A program made the position numbers and the translations under genes. DNA of 60,000 nt from Botryllus schlosseri. Lineage: Eukaryota. Below, piece after piece: positions 13,837-26,567 of the stretch (positions are counted from its first letter, which is position 1; each line of letters opens with the position of its first letter). The DNA is taken from contig CM119372.1 in assembly GCA_051294905.1 (NCBI GenBank), positions 21,516,001 through 21,576,000 of the forward strand, written 5' to 3'. The notes beneath the pieces were generated by a model, which worked only from the letters and a program-made list of their open reading frames with translations, was not told the DNA's origin and searched no databases.

Positions 13837-14445
13837 TCGTAGGCAGTAGTAGTAGTAGAGTGATAGAAACGTATCTCTGTTTCTTAGTCGACTCAGCGCT
13901 TACATTGAGCAGTGCTCACCTTTACCAACCCTCCTCTATGATTTAAATCGAATGATATAGTTAATGCGTTTATATTCTCACGGATGTGTGTAGATAGATG
14001 GGTAATGTATTGTACCATATCAATTTGTTTAAACTTCTCGAAGCTTCGTATTCGATCCTCTATTTTGGCTGATAATAACAGACTGTAGCATGTAACTAGT
14101 TAATCACGTATTTTATTAGCAGTTCTACGTGTGCGTGTGCGATACACCGCCTGTTTTCTTGTATATTTAACTTTATATTCGTTATTTGATTCAAGCTAAA
14201 TGGCCAATTAATCTGTTTTTCACGCAGCTGGCAAAATGTTATGACTTTGAATCATGACTCATATGTCGAAAATTCAATTTGACTTGAATTATGACTTGAC
14301 TCGTGACTTGACTTGACTTGACTCGACTTGACTCGAGTCACCTTCGAGAATCGATTGACTTGACTTGACTCGAGTCACCTTTGGAAATCGATTGACTTGA
14401 CTTGACTCGAGTCAAAATCTGCAATGACTCGAGATGACTCGTGAC

Positions 14446-16978
14446 CAATGTTCCCTCTAAGCTGCGCACGTGCGCAAATGCGCAGTGCTGAGACGGTCTC
14501 TGAGCACAGAAAATCTAGGTTGCGCACAAAAAATCTGAAGTGATGACTTTTTTTTTTAGTCGCTGTGCACTGTTCTTTAAGGGACCGCGCAAGCGCGCAG
14601 ACTCGTAAAAAATTAGAGGGAACATTGCCAGGGGCAAATAGTGTTATCGCTGAAGTCTGAAACCGAGGTACAAGCGTGGCTCGTAAAGGTAAATATTGCG
14701 CTCTGTGAAGAAATGATAATTTGCAATGACGTGCGCCTCACGAAAGAAATTTTTCTTTTAGTATATGGTCTCGTACGCGTGAGCGATACTGATATCATTT
14801 CAATAGCGCAATCTTAACTAGGAATGGCGAAATAACATGGTTTAACAAAGTTATAAATAACAACGGGCTAGCTCGAAGTTAATCATCGAGAAACTAGCGA
14901 ATAGTATTCTCCCCGTGGCATAAACATTGCACAAGATTTGCTGTACAATTGCATGCCGTGAATTTTCGAAGTCATCACTTACATATGGCAAATCTGATCA
15001 CGCATGGTGACATAGGATCCATCCCCTTGCAAACGTTGATCGGGAAATGCTTCAACTGCACACTGTAGGGCGTTGAATTACATCAGCTTCTCAGCAGCAC
15101 AAATTTTGATTTTATTCTATTCGTTTGAACGGGAAGCTTCCGTCGATAAGGTCATACGCTAATATTGTTCTTGCGTCAGTCATACTTGAATATTCGTATC
15201 ACAGTGGTGGGATGACTCGAGTCAACTTTTTCGTATGACTTGACTTGACTCGAGTCACTTTGCAAAAATTACTTGACTTGACTTGACTCAGCGCTTCAGA
15301 ATTGCGGATTGAATCATGACTCGGAGCAAAATTTTTGAGTCAATTTCAAGTCATCAATAAGTAAACGGTGTCGACCAAATCCCTGTATCATGTGTATATT
15401 CGGATTATTAGCGATACGCCCGTGACACTTGTGAGAGCAACCAGTCAGTCACATACTGTACGTTTCACTGGTCCTCCATTATTACATCACAAATATATTG
15501 GCCGCAAAGGAAATGATCACAGCTTAGGTTGCCGTAGTAGTTAGTAGATTAATTTAATAGCAACGTATCTCTGTTTCTTAGACGGCTCAGTGCTTACATT
15601 GCGCAGTGCTCACCTTTACCAACCATCTTGTATGATTTAAATAGAATGAATATAGTTCATGCATTTATATTCTCATGGATGTATAGCTGGGTAGTGTATC
15701 GTACCATATCATATCAATTTGTTTGAACTTCTCGAGGCTTCGTATTCGAATTTCTATTTCGGCTGATAATAACATTAATAACAGACTGTAGCATGTAACT
15801 ATACAGTTACTCACGTATTTTATTAGTAGTTCTACGTGTGCGTGTGCGATACAATGCAATTTTGCATGTATATTTAACTTTATATTCGTTATTTGATTCA
15901 AGATAAATGGCTAATTAATCTGTCTTTCACACAGCTGGCAAAATGTTATGACTTTGAATCGTCACTCTTACTTCGAAAATTCAATTTGACTTGAATTGTG
16001 ACTTGACTCGTGACTTGACTCGAGTCAACTCTAAAAATCGAGTGACTTGACTTGACTCGAGTCACCTTCGAGAATCGATTGACTTGACTTGACTCGAGTC
16101 AAAATCTGCAATGACTCGATTTGACTCGTGACTCGAAGGTTGTGACTTGATCCCAACACATGACTGTTTGTCTTGATAGTAATGAGTGCATTGCCGGTAT
16201 TAAGACATCACATCAGTGTTATATTTCGGTAGGCCTACATCGATCGCCTGTAAAGTATTGATTTGAAGTGCGTTCTCGTGCGTGTATGTCTACTAGTAAT
16301 CTATATGTCACCACATGTACGGATTTTTGTGACATCATAGATGGTTGCACAAAATTACGAATCGCCGTCTTTGCGGTTACAAGCGTCCATTTGTGTCACT
16401 ACAAGTGTTTGGCTAGCTGCTTGCCTGTGTGGTCAACGTTGAGTGAATACTTGCTAATTATGCTTCTCACTGTTTATAATGATCGCTATTAATGATGGCA
16501 AAACGAATGGGTAGTTTCTCATGCTCATCCCCTCACCAAGTCAAATTAACAAATAAGTGCGATCCGTTTAACATGGAATGGTTGTCGGAGCATGTAAAAA
16601 CGGAAGACAAAGCTAGGTAAGCCCGAAGACGTTCAACTATTATTTAGGGGTCCTACCTTTTGCAACACACCTGACTCGATCAGCTCTACCGGTAAATCTG
16701 ATTACGTGAGCAGAGGAAGCATAAAAATTGATAGCAATATAGGCTACCTACTCAATCGTGTATTATATAAAAAATGTTCGCGCTTCGCGCGATCATGCTC
16801 TACACCTACCGAACGGATAGCGTATTTAGATGATTAGCAGCGGCAAAAATCGCATAGACCGAGGGGGGTCTGGGGGGCGAAGCGCTCTCTGGGAGCCTAT
16901 TATAGCACTGTTGTCCAAGGGCCTGCGCAGTGAGTTGGCGTGTTTGCGCAGACTGGCGAAAAATTAGAGGGAACACTG
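14446..16978 (+). mobile_element. Composite hAT MITE family D (long form)
   Basis: caatgttccctcta...tagagggaacactg; perfect TSD ctcgtgac; extra internal right TIR ending 14628. Confidence 0.85.
15202..16161 (+). mobile_element. Family A MITE nested in D
   Basis: Colinear with 8298-9277; slightly degenerate TIRs; no clear TSD. Confidence 0.8.
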
Positions 16979-17030
16979 CTCGTGACTCGAAGGTAGTGAC
17001 TTGATCCCAACACTGCTGCGTAGTACTCAC

Positions 17031-17263
17031 CGTGGAGTGAAGCGTTCTCGCAATTCCGCAATGGAAGATCCTAGTTTGGTTGTAATTTTCGATACAGTCC
17101 CATTGAAGGCCCAGGCGAGACTGTCGAAAAATCCGACGTTTCGCTCGCTCGTCACAATGATCCACTTGAAATAATCTTTGTAAAGCTGTTTGATGTCTTC
17201 GCGACCCAGAATTCGCATTAGTCGAATGTAGAATGAGAAATCCGGGAAGGCATTCAATATCTC
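17031..17263 (-). CDS. Gene 1 exon 3 (EILNAFPDF...RERFTP)
   Basis: Acceptor tttctatacag|GAG phase 0; donor CG|gtgagt phase 2; 233 nt open. Confidence 0.85.
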
Positions 17264-17417
17264 CTGTATAGAAATAGTTCAATTGGTTTGATGTAGTGTA
17301 TAGTCAAATGTGGTATCGCTTAACTTTTGTGGGGCAAAATCGTTTCTTGGCAACAGCAAGTTTTCAAAAATGTTCCATGGGGCCTCTATAATTAGTCGTG
17401 TGATTATAATTACTTAC

Positions 17418-19075
17418 ATGGTAGATAGTTCCATTTATGGTATTAATTTCATTGGCGAGAGCAAATGGAAGGTCCACATTGATGTCTACGACATATGAAT
17501 AGAGCTGTTTGGAGAAATCCTCATAAGCCTTGTACTGTTTCGCATGGCACTCTTCATACGCATCGTCGTACATGTAATAACAGTTGTAATACTCGGGTCC
17601 GTGATATGAGAGATTGAAGTATTGAACGACGCTCATTGCGATTCTAGGGTATTCCGATTTAGGGTACAGTAACTCATATGTTTCGACAACATTTTGAGCT
17701 ACCTTCAAATGCACACTTGCGTTATTCACGGGCGTCATGATTAAATCCTGCAAGTTATTTAACAACGGTTTCGCCAGCCGCGGAATGGCGTACCCCAGTT
17801 TTATTATGACGCGTTCCAAGACGTATCCAAGATCGAAAACAGGCCAATCACTGAATCCATCCTGCAACGTTGTGAAGATGATATCAATTTCGTGTTTACG
17901 ATCGCTGAATAGCGTATATGTTGCTCGCGATAGATTGATAACCAGTAAGTTGATTCGTGGATAGAGAGGACTGAACTGTGGCTGAACAAGTACCGTTTTC
18001 TGCAAGATGAAATGTACGAATTCGCTCATGTTAGATTTCTTCGCAGTAATATTCGGCATGCTGAAGTCAATTGATTCAATTTCTTCCGCAAGCGTGCTGT
18101 AGATTTTACCTATTTCCGTTTCCTCGCCAGGAAAAAGCTTGTAGTAAATTCCTGGCAGCCACGTGATAAGCAAATCTATGTCAACAGTCGGGATTTGTCC
18201 AAACCACGACACATATAGCTTGTTGAAAGCTCCTGACAGCTTTTCAGTATCTGCGGTTACAGTGCTTTCATGTGATAAAAGCACTGCGGCCCAGTGTATT
18301 ACGTTGCCATAATTCCCATTTACCAGATTTTCCACTAAATCGGGTGCGCTGTTCAGAATTGGGTTCAGATAATGTGAGTATTCATCAGGGATTTTGACAT
18401 TGGCTTGAATAGTGCTGGTAATGTTGACAATGGATTGCTTGGGTTGGTGTCTGTTTAGATCTCCAAGAAGTTTATAGGCCATCTCATACCAGTCATCGAC
18501 GCTCAAATACGTCGGTAGCACGGATTTGATTAAACCTGGCAAATGAGTAGCCAGAGGCAAAAAGTCAGAGTCCTGAAGGTCCTGTATCGTTTGCTGTGTC
18601 ATGAAATTCCCTAGAAATGAGTAGATTTGAGATGCTACGTCCAGGTCTGAGGTTCCAAGTTCACCTAACGTAGTCATGAACTCTTTTACTGTAGGATCAA
18701 CATGTGGCACAGCGGGCCAGTTCCTGTCTTCATAAGGCTCTGTGTACCCCGGTGGTTTAAGTGCCAGATTCATCAAGTTCGCGAATTTGTCTTTCAGAGG
18801 CAATGCCTTTCCCATGTTGAAACCTAAATTTTCCAAGAATGTGTAGCAACCGGTTATGAATGATTCGGTTCCGGTTCCGTTTGAAAACAGGGTTCGTAGA
18901 CTTTCGGTAATATTTTCGTTCATGTCTACGCTGAACGCACGTAATTTATCGTCCATGCTGGGAAGCATGTTGAGTAAATCGGTTGGATCGAGGTCACTGG
19001 CACCGCCAAACAATTTCTCGCAAGTAAGCGACGGAGAATATGACTTCGTGATACACCCGCCGTAACGCATTCCCA
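17418..19075 (-). CDS. Gene 1 exon 2 (1658 nt): LU Cys4-Cys5 followed by a large helical, N-glycosylation-rich region
   Basis: Lies within the 583-aa ORF; acceptor ttccttttcag|TG phase 1; donor CAT|gtaagt phase 0. Confidence 0.9.
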
Positions 19076-19157
19076 CTGAAAAGGAACAGTAAGTGTTAAG
19101 TCTGTTTCTATGCAAACTCTATATATCGCGTATCGAAGTATGAGTCCGACTATATAA

Positions 19158-19709
19158 CAGGGACGGGCAACTTACGGCCCGCGGGCCGGATCCGGCCCGG
19201 GAAGGGATTTTGATCGACCCGCAGAGAGTTTCTACCCTAAAAGTGAAATTCTATTCTGAAAGTATTGACCAATTTTATGCGTCACAGAATGAATCCATGT
19301 TTGCCAACCTGGGTAAGACGGACATGAAACTACTTATTGTTCTGTATGGGCTTGCATACATTTTTGACCATTAACATAAACGAGACAAGGCTGCGTTCCA
19401 ATATAACTGATGTTCTCGTGCAGTCGTTAATGAGGGTTTCTATTTACGACATGCAGCCAGAGTTCAAACAACTTGTTGATAACTTTGACCGACCACATAT
19501 ATCTGATTGACTGCAACAGCTATTGCTAACAAATTCATTAAATACTGTTTTGGTCTCTATGCTTTACACTTTAAGTTTACATTAAATACGATTTAGTCCT
19601 TGGATAGGTGGATAAATACGCGATTAATGTAAATATTCTGTAATCCGGCCTGCCGAGCACTTCATTTTTTCATATCCGGCCCACCGACCGGAGAAGTTGC
19701 CCGCCCCTG
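19158..19709. mobile_element. hAT MITE filling most of gene 1 intron 1
   Basis: TIR caggg.cgggcaactt; TSD ctatataa/ctctataa; inverted copy 57176-57719. Confidence 0.85.
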
Positions 19710-19735
19710 CTCTATAAGAATACATATTTGCGTAC

Positions 19736-19931
19736 CTTCCAAATCAGTTCGCGGGATTTGAACCATAACCTCTTGCATGAAGCAGTCGCTGTTGTCTTTG
19801 CAAGCCTTTTCACTCCAGTGATACAGCGGAATGCCTGACACAGACATGTTGAAACCTTCGTGACATTGTAAGCCGTCGATGCCGCGCGCGCACAGTGTTC
19901 CTACCAATAACAGCAATCGGTACAATTTCAT
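19736..19931 (-). CDS. Gene 1 exon 1: signal peptide and start of Ly6/uPAR-like domain (LQCHEG...KAC...DCF)
   Basis: aaaATG; MKLYRLLLLVGTLCARGIDG|LQC; donor GAA G|gtacgc phase 1 matches exon 2. Confidence 0.85.
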
Positions 19932-20676
19932 TTTAAAGCTATCAGCCTATGCTCAATTAACAATCTGTGGATAGTAATAAATAGCAGAATCTTCACGTTT
20001 TTCCAACTCTACACAGGCATCGTTGAGATTTTCGCAACTTCAGCCATTTCAGTCAAATAGTGATCTCAAGTCAAAGCCAATAGTTAGCGTATTTTATAGC
20101 TAATCCGTATCTTGATACTTCAGTTTCGCCGCCGGGAGCAATAAATTGTGGACATTCCGCGCTAACTTGCTAACGAGAAAAGCGCCTGCAGGCGAATCAA
20201 CTATACAATCTTCCGTGAACTGTCAATCGGAAAATTGCTTTCATATCTGATACTGATGCGTGTCGTTCGACATCCTCCTATCTGTTCATGACATCGCATT
20301 GTGTCTTATCGCATTGTACATTGTGTGTGACTTGTTCAGATAAAAATTATAACCCAACGATGTTATCACAAATGAACCGGGAGAACATGTATGATCACGT
20401 GGCGTAAATTTAATCCTGGAGGCGAGGCGAAGCTGTGTCAAAGGTTCAAACCTTAACAGAGTCGCAGAATGTTGGTGCTCCACGGTCAGATTCTTCGAGG
20501 TAAAATTACTTCACGCTAAGAACCAGAGATGGTCAAAGTAGTCAGTGAGGCTACTGAAGAAGTAACGACGCAGAATATTAGTCAAATACGAGTAGAAGTA
20601 GTGCTGTTCGAAGGAGTCCAAAACCACTTCAAGTAAAAGTAGAATTTGCTGTCTTTAAAAACTACTCAGATAAGTA

Positions 20677-21590
20677 AGTAAATCTTTAATCCTAAATCGT
20701 AAATCTTCAATACGCTATCATGATAGATAACTGTTACCTGAACACGTCATCAACCGCGGCATAGAGAGGAAATTAACGCAATTCAACGCAGAAAAGTCAA
20801 CAGAGCCGAACAAACGAACAATCAAAGATGTTTAGCCTATATCCATCTACCTTGGATTGGTCTCATTTCCACCCGCTTTGAAAAACAATTGATTTCTGCG
20901 GTCAGTAAGTGTCACGACACAGTCAGAACTCAGAACCGGTGTGATTTTCTACGAATACACAGCTGCTCCCTTCAACGCGCCAAGACCCTGCACTTCAACA
21001 AAGTAATGTAGTGTTGGAATATAAGTGCCACCGTGATTGTGGCTACGTGGGAAGAACGTCAAAGCGTCTGCAGAAACGCATAAACCAGCGTGTCTCCAGA
21101 TTTGTCAGAACACGTGCATCAGGCTCGGTGAGAAGCTCACCCTTAACTCATCCGCTTAAGCTTGATGCCGACCGATCGAAGGCGATTAATTCTGCCATCG
21201 GCAAACATCTCTTAGAAAATCCGATTTGTGCGAATAGTTATCGAGACGACAGATTTCGCGTCGTTGGGAGGGGACGTTCACACTACCATTTGTGTGCCTA
21301 GGAGTCGACTTTTATCAAAATACACCAACCCAATCTCTGTCAACAAAAAGAGTTCGTGTACCACCTAAAAATGGTACATTGAACGCTCTCTCATTCGAAA
21401 TTGCATGCTGGTGACGTCATATTTTGTGATAAGATTGTTGATATACAATGTTCTTTCCAATTCTCTACTAGTTGCTGACGATTACCCCTGACGAGCGTCA
21501 GCTGAAAATATTGGGTTTATTTCAATATGAATGTACTATTCAATTGTATATTGAAGTTCTGTACGTCCAAAAAGTCTTCAAATATTTGAT
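20677..21590 (+). mobile_element. 5'-truncated Penelope-like retroelement (RT tail/linker, GIY-YIG endonuclease, pLTR)
   Basis: Frame-broken NCYPEHVI..HLPWIG..NVVLEYKC..YVGRTSKRLQKRI..SAIGKHLLENPIC..*ESTFIKIHQPNLC. Confidence 0.9.
21474..21516 (+). ncRNA. Minimal hammerhead ribozyme motif, degenerate
   Basis: accc-CTGACGA-g-cgtcagc-t-GAAA-atat-t-gggt; the C at the cleavage site in other copies is absent. Confidence 0.55.
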
Positions 21591-22489
21591 TATTTGAACC
21601 ACGCAACCGCTACATAAATTATTTACATTGATCAAAACTTTTTTGGAAAATACTGCTCTCTCGCAGTCTGCACTTCGTTACTGACCACCTTTGTCAAGAA
21701 CTATATACTTCATCAACAATCCCCGATACTCATACGCTTGCACTACCGTTGCAGAGTGGATTCATTGCCAATGTTATTCATTATCAGAGGCCGTCTGTAG
21801 CCTGTCTCCAATTGATCAACGTGCTCAAGTGAATACGGTTTACTGCATATACTTACCCATGTCGTTACATTTTAGAATTCTTCCATCCATATATATACCT
21901 CAACAGTTGTTGGAGTCAAACTATACTTACTTTACTTGTTTCGATTATGTCAAATATAAAGTAGACAAGTGTATGGACAGATTTACATCACTTTCACGAG
22001 TTAAATTGTCACAACAGCTGCAGACCATGCATGATGGGAAAGATTTGTAAGGTCGTGGATTGGACCTATTTTCATCGCCGCTGTTCATTTTACGTCAATG
22101 AAAAAAGTGCATCTTACAATTTTGCAAACTGTCACCGAGCGACTGACAGACCAAATTCTTCCACGGCTCGTACCAATATACATTTCAAACCAGGGCTGTG
22201 GAGTCGGAGTCGGAGTCGGTGGAGTCGGAGTCGGAGTCGGGGTAATTTTCGCTTGATGGAGTCGGAGTCGGAGTCGTGAAAACTATAATAGCTGGAGTCG
22301 GAGTCGGAGTCGGAGTCGGTGGGAAAATACAGACTGGAGTCGGAGTCGGAGTTTGTGAGAATGACTATGACTTCGACTCCGACTCCGACTCCGACTCCAA
22401 CTTCTCTATCATGAAAACGTTTGCTTTCAAAGAATTTTCAATAGAATTTTTATGTACCACCAATCACTGTTATTATTAGCCATACAGAT

Positions 22490-23330
22490 CAGGTGCAGCC
22501 AGCCCGTTGCGCGCAGGCCAAATTTGGCACACGAGAAGGTTAGGTGTGAACTGCGAGGTAATTCTCGAAATTATTTATGACATCAGGTACAATTGCAAGG
22601 CCAACCAAAATTTGATTAGCATGACCGCGAAATTTGATAATGACTAAAACAACAGTTCTGACGCATTGACGTATCCAGGGGTCAGCCGTATTTATCCCAG
22701 ATCTTCGTATATGACCATGAAGTAGAATATTTCATAGCAGATTTATTTGACTTGAAATTTTTCTCGGTACTTCGCATGATTCATTGTCACTAGATTTCTT
22801 GCATGCAGTAATTGAGCCCCCTTCTGAAAATTATAAATACATATTTTTTCACAGAATTGAGTCGAACTATATTCGCAATTAGGAGATACGGCTTCGCTTG
22901 TGCACTCGCAGCGAGATCGTCGACAAAACATTTGCAAAAAATGATAGAGGCATGTTCACTGATACCGTCGATTTTGCTATGTCTAAACGTCGAATAATCC
23001 TGTCCTTGCCAAATGAGCCCAGTGGTATACAGATGCGACCCCCAATGTATGTTAGCGACATCTTTATTGACATAGCTATAGCCTAATTCAGTCGTTATCT
23101 TGCAAAAAAATTTCGCGCTTCGCGCGACCAGGGCCTGATTGCGCACTGCACAGTTGCATGACATATTGTTATCAATTTTAGAGCGTATTAATATAAGTCT
23201 TGTTTGCAATGTTATCTAATTCGGTTCGCTCCTATCGATGACTAAAAAAAGGTTATCAACGTTCCAGTTGCCCGCGCAATGGCTCGTAAATCTCAGGTGT
23301 CCCTTTCGCCGAAAAAGTGGCCCACCCCTG
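22490..23330. mobile_element. Nested hAT MITE, relative of 10536-11242 (inverted)
   Basis: TSD atacagat/atatagat; shared internal sequence. Confidence 0.8.
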
Positions 23331-23644
23331 ATATAGATAAAATTAGACATTAATTGCAAATTACAACTCAGTTGCAGAGGGGAAGAAAATCGCAAGATGC
23401 GTTTTCGCGATGCAGTCAAAATTGATGCAATATTTGGAATTATACCATGATACTGTAACAGAGCAAATGCATCGGCTGGTTTTGTAAATTTGTAAAAATG
23501 ATGTAAATATGACCAAACGATGCTTCCCACTTGACAAATTAAAAATATTTGTAGTGTAGCTTAGCTGTTTGGGTCGAACAAATGATTAAGAAAGACTGCA
23601 AGTCCCAATCCTTGAATACTTGATTAAGTACATGTAGACTAGAC

Positions 23645-25251
23645 CAGTACTCTTCAACCGGGGTTTTCGTACACCCTAGGGTGTACCAGAATTTGCAAAG
23701 GGTGTACCACTCGGATGGGGTGTACAGGGGTGTACCAGATCCGAATTACAATGAGCCGATGGCTAGCTATCACAAAGGCAGGTTTATGCGTCAGTACAGG
23801 TTGACCCACGGGTTAATGAGCAATATGGGACGATGTTACCTCAAGTGTAATACTGTACACCGCTAGATTGTGATGTCATAAGCAAATATTTCTCCTATTC
23901 ATTCAGCCGTCGGCAATGGACCAATGGTTCCTTTGGGTCTTGGAAAGGATGCAGTTAGCAAACATGTGTTCAGCTAGCGATTTGTCTTTTAGTGATTATT
24001 GAGGAGACCGCCGCGATAGCTCAGACCTCTTGAATCGGTACTTCCTACCCAACGTTAATAAATGCCGCAATGCACGTAAATGAAAGTGACGCAGCCAGCC
24101 AGTGTCGAAACTGCTTCCATGTTGAAATCGAAACTCTATTGTTTTAAAATGCCGATTTTATGTCCAATATTTCGCCATACATTTGCAATTTAGTATTTTG
24201 TTATTAGTGATGCAAATTAGCGGCAATCGACTGTGTATAGCGGCAGACGATCTGAGGTTACTGACATCTCTTGCAGCCCGTGTGCTACCATCGACTGTGT
24301 GTGGGGCAGTAGACTAGTGCGCCTGCTTTCATCGCTGTTCTGAATTACCGCTTCTGCAGCAGTAGCTTTTTACCTGCTCTCTCCCCAATACTGTTACATT
24401 TAGGTTGATTATCGTTCGTAATGTCATGCTGTTTTTGGGCTGACACGAAATAATTCCAATTTGCGTGGCGGGCGGCCTAACTGGCTGTGAATAGACTCTG
24501 AATCCCGTAGTTGATTTGAGCTATTACTAAAACACTTCTTAAAATTCCAGAGTATCAAAATCTGAGTCGAAATGCGCTTACGATTCTTGTTCGCATGCCT
24601 ACGACATATCTTTGCGAGCAAGAATTTTCTGCACTTATTCAAATTAAATCGAAAAAAAAGAAATTGCATGAAGGATGTTGATATCCTTTTTGTAGACACG
24701 CCGCCATTTAGGATAGTGAAAAATTTCGCACCCCGCTTATCGTCATATCACAAAATCTAACCGGGATGCTAGCAACTCAAACAGATTTTGTGATGGCATG
24801 GAAGATTATACCTGTTGATGAGAGAATTAAAAAAAATATGAAATTCGGTGTATATATAGAGAAACACGCGTGAATTGGAGGTAAATCGCGCTTTGAAATT
24901 TTTCTTCGGTTGACCGCTTCTTCGCGCCCCCCTTCCGAGCTTTCGCTCTCCCCCAAAGGGGGCGCGCCCCCCAGTTTGGGAACCACTGGCCTAGACAATT
25001 TAGATTTAAAAAAGCATGTACAACACATTTTTAAAAGTGACAGAACAGACATGTGTCGTTACGCTTTATCGATATATTAGATAGTACGGTAATCTCGAGC
25101 CCTAATTAGTATTTAGCAGTTCCTATAGCTTGCTAATCCTTATGATTATTAGGTCCATTACCGACTTGGTTGTTTTATGTGAACAGGGGTGTACGAGTTT
25201 TGAGCAAACGGTAAAAGGGTGTACCACGTCGAAAAAGGTTGAAGAGCACTG
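23645..25251. mobile_element. Nested hAT MITE (cagt.ctcttcaacc; GGGTGTAC repeats) containing a family C fragment at ~24690-24988
   Basis: Perfect TSD gactagac; single gactagac at the empty site near 40335. Confidence 0.9.
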
Positions 25252-26476
25252 GACTAGACATAGGCTATGGTCTTTGACTACTTAACTAAATTCCATTTAT
25301 GACCAATGTATATTATTAGTAGTAAGAGTGTTTGTGCTTGTAATCAGGATAGTGTGCAATGACAAAATTAGTAAGTTCAATTTCTTTATTCGTTGTTGAG
25401 TCATACACAAGAGCTTCACGTGTTTTTTTTTATCTACATCTTTATTATACAGGATTGGATATCTGCCATATTTGAATGATTCATGCATTTCAGGATATTA
25501 GAGAGTCCACGTTATAAAAAAACTTGAATAAGGAAGGATATTTAGCAAATCTTTATTTCATGTTAATTGCATAGTGGATAATTCGAGCTGTGCCACAATT
25601 AAACAATATAGCATGCCGCATTTATTGATATGTTTGCATATGTTTGATGGTTGTATGATAGTCATTCAACCGACAATGTGGCATATAATTTCGAAGTAAA
25701 TTGATAATAATGCTGGAGTCGGAGTCGGGAGTCGGAGTTGGAGTCGGTACGTTTAAAGACCCGGGAGTCGGAGTCGGAGTCGGTACGTTTAAAGACTCAG
25801 GAGTCGGAGTCGGAGTCGGAGTCAGTATATTTAAAATGTGCGGAGTCGGAGTCGGAGCCGGAGTCGGTGGTAAAATTTACCGACTCCACAGCCCTGTTTC
25901 AAACTACAACTTACTTGAGTACTTCACAGATATTTAGTCTTATACTTGACTTGAAGTAGATTTGACATGCTCCGAAAATCGTTACTTCTATTTGTAATTC
26001 CTTGTAGTTTCACTTGTGTAAAATCAATGAGTACATTGCTGACCATCTCTGTAACCATTAATTCATAATGGGGTGTGCGGTTGTCGCCAGAGAAAGCTGC
26101 AGGAAAAATATGTTGTGTGTTGCGAACGGAATTTATGCAGTCACGATCACGGCCGCGAGACGCCGTATTAACGTATGCATTTCAAAGTATTGCGAATGTT
26201 TGACGAGATAATCATTTCAAGTATTTTATCAGACAATGCTTCTATGATGATGTCATTGCCGTTTCTCATAAATCTAAAAATTACCCGCGGCGTCAAAAAT
26301 CAAGGTATCGCACGGGGATGTTCCGTGACAGCGTGCAAAATACCTTCGATCTAAGATCATAGCAATCATAAAATTGTTTTTTTTTGGAGCCCGAGCCGAA
26401 TTTATCCGAAACATTTACACTTGCAATGCGAGTGTCCGGAAAATGACTTTATCCATGCACGCAACTGCATTAAAAA

Positions 26477-26567
26477 CAGAGGTGGTCCAAGTAGTCAAGA
26501 AAGCTATTTAAGTAGAAGTTGAAGTTGTTTAGTAAGTAGAACACTACTTCGTTACTGACCACCTCTA
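26477..26567. mobile_element. 91-bp internally deleted cagaggtggtc MITE
   Basis: Both TIRs with almost no interior. Confidence 0.7.

Larger units (their letters stand above)
12366..17015 (+). mobile_element. Family A MITE expanded to 4.65 kb by nested insertions, inside gene 1 intron 3
   Basis: Both TIRs present; internal sequence colinear with 8298-9277 once the inserts are removed; TSD not clean. Confidence 0.8.
20524..21693 (+). mobile_element. cagaggtggtc-family MITE interrupted by a Penelope fragment
   Basis: Degenerate TIRs; TSD ctaagaac/tcaagaac. Confidence 0.75.
22191..25896 (+). mobile_element. hAT MITE with (GGAGTC)n arrays, hosting nested elements
   Basis: TIR cagggctgtggagtcgg; perfect TSD tttcaaac; uninterrupted relative at 39842-40982. 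Confidence 0.9.

Noticed and set aside
16806..17282. 158-aa minus ORF
   Set aside because: Alternative frame over exon 3 running into MITE sequence.
17364..19115. 583-aa ORF as a standalone intronless gene
   Set aside because: Non-ATG start, no signal peptide, strong splice sites at 19075 and 17418: it is an internal exon.
22031..22479. SRSRSR / GVGVGV / ESESES ORFs (also 25701-25959)
   Set aside because: Translations of the (GGAGTC)n MITE array, not SR or structural proteins.
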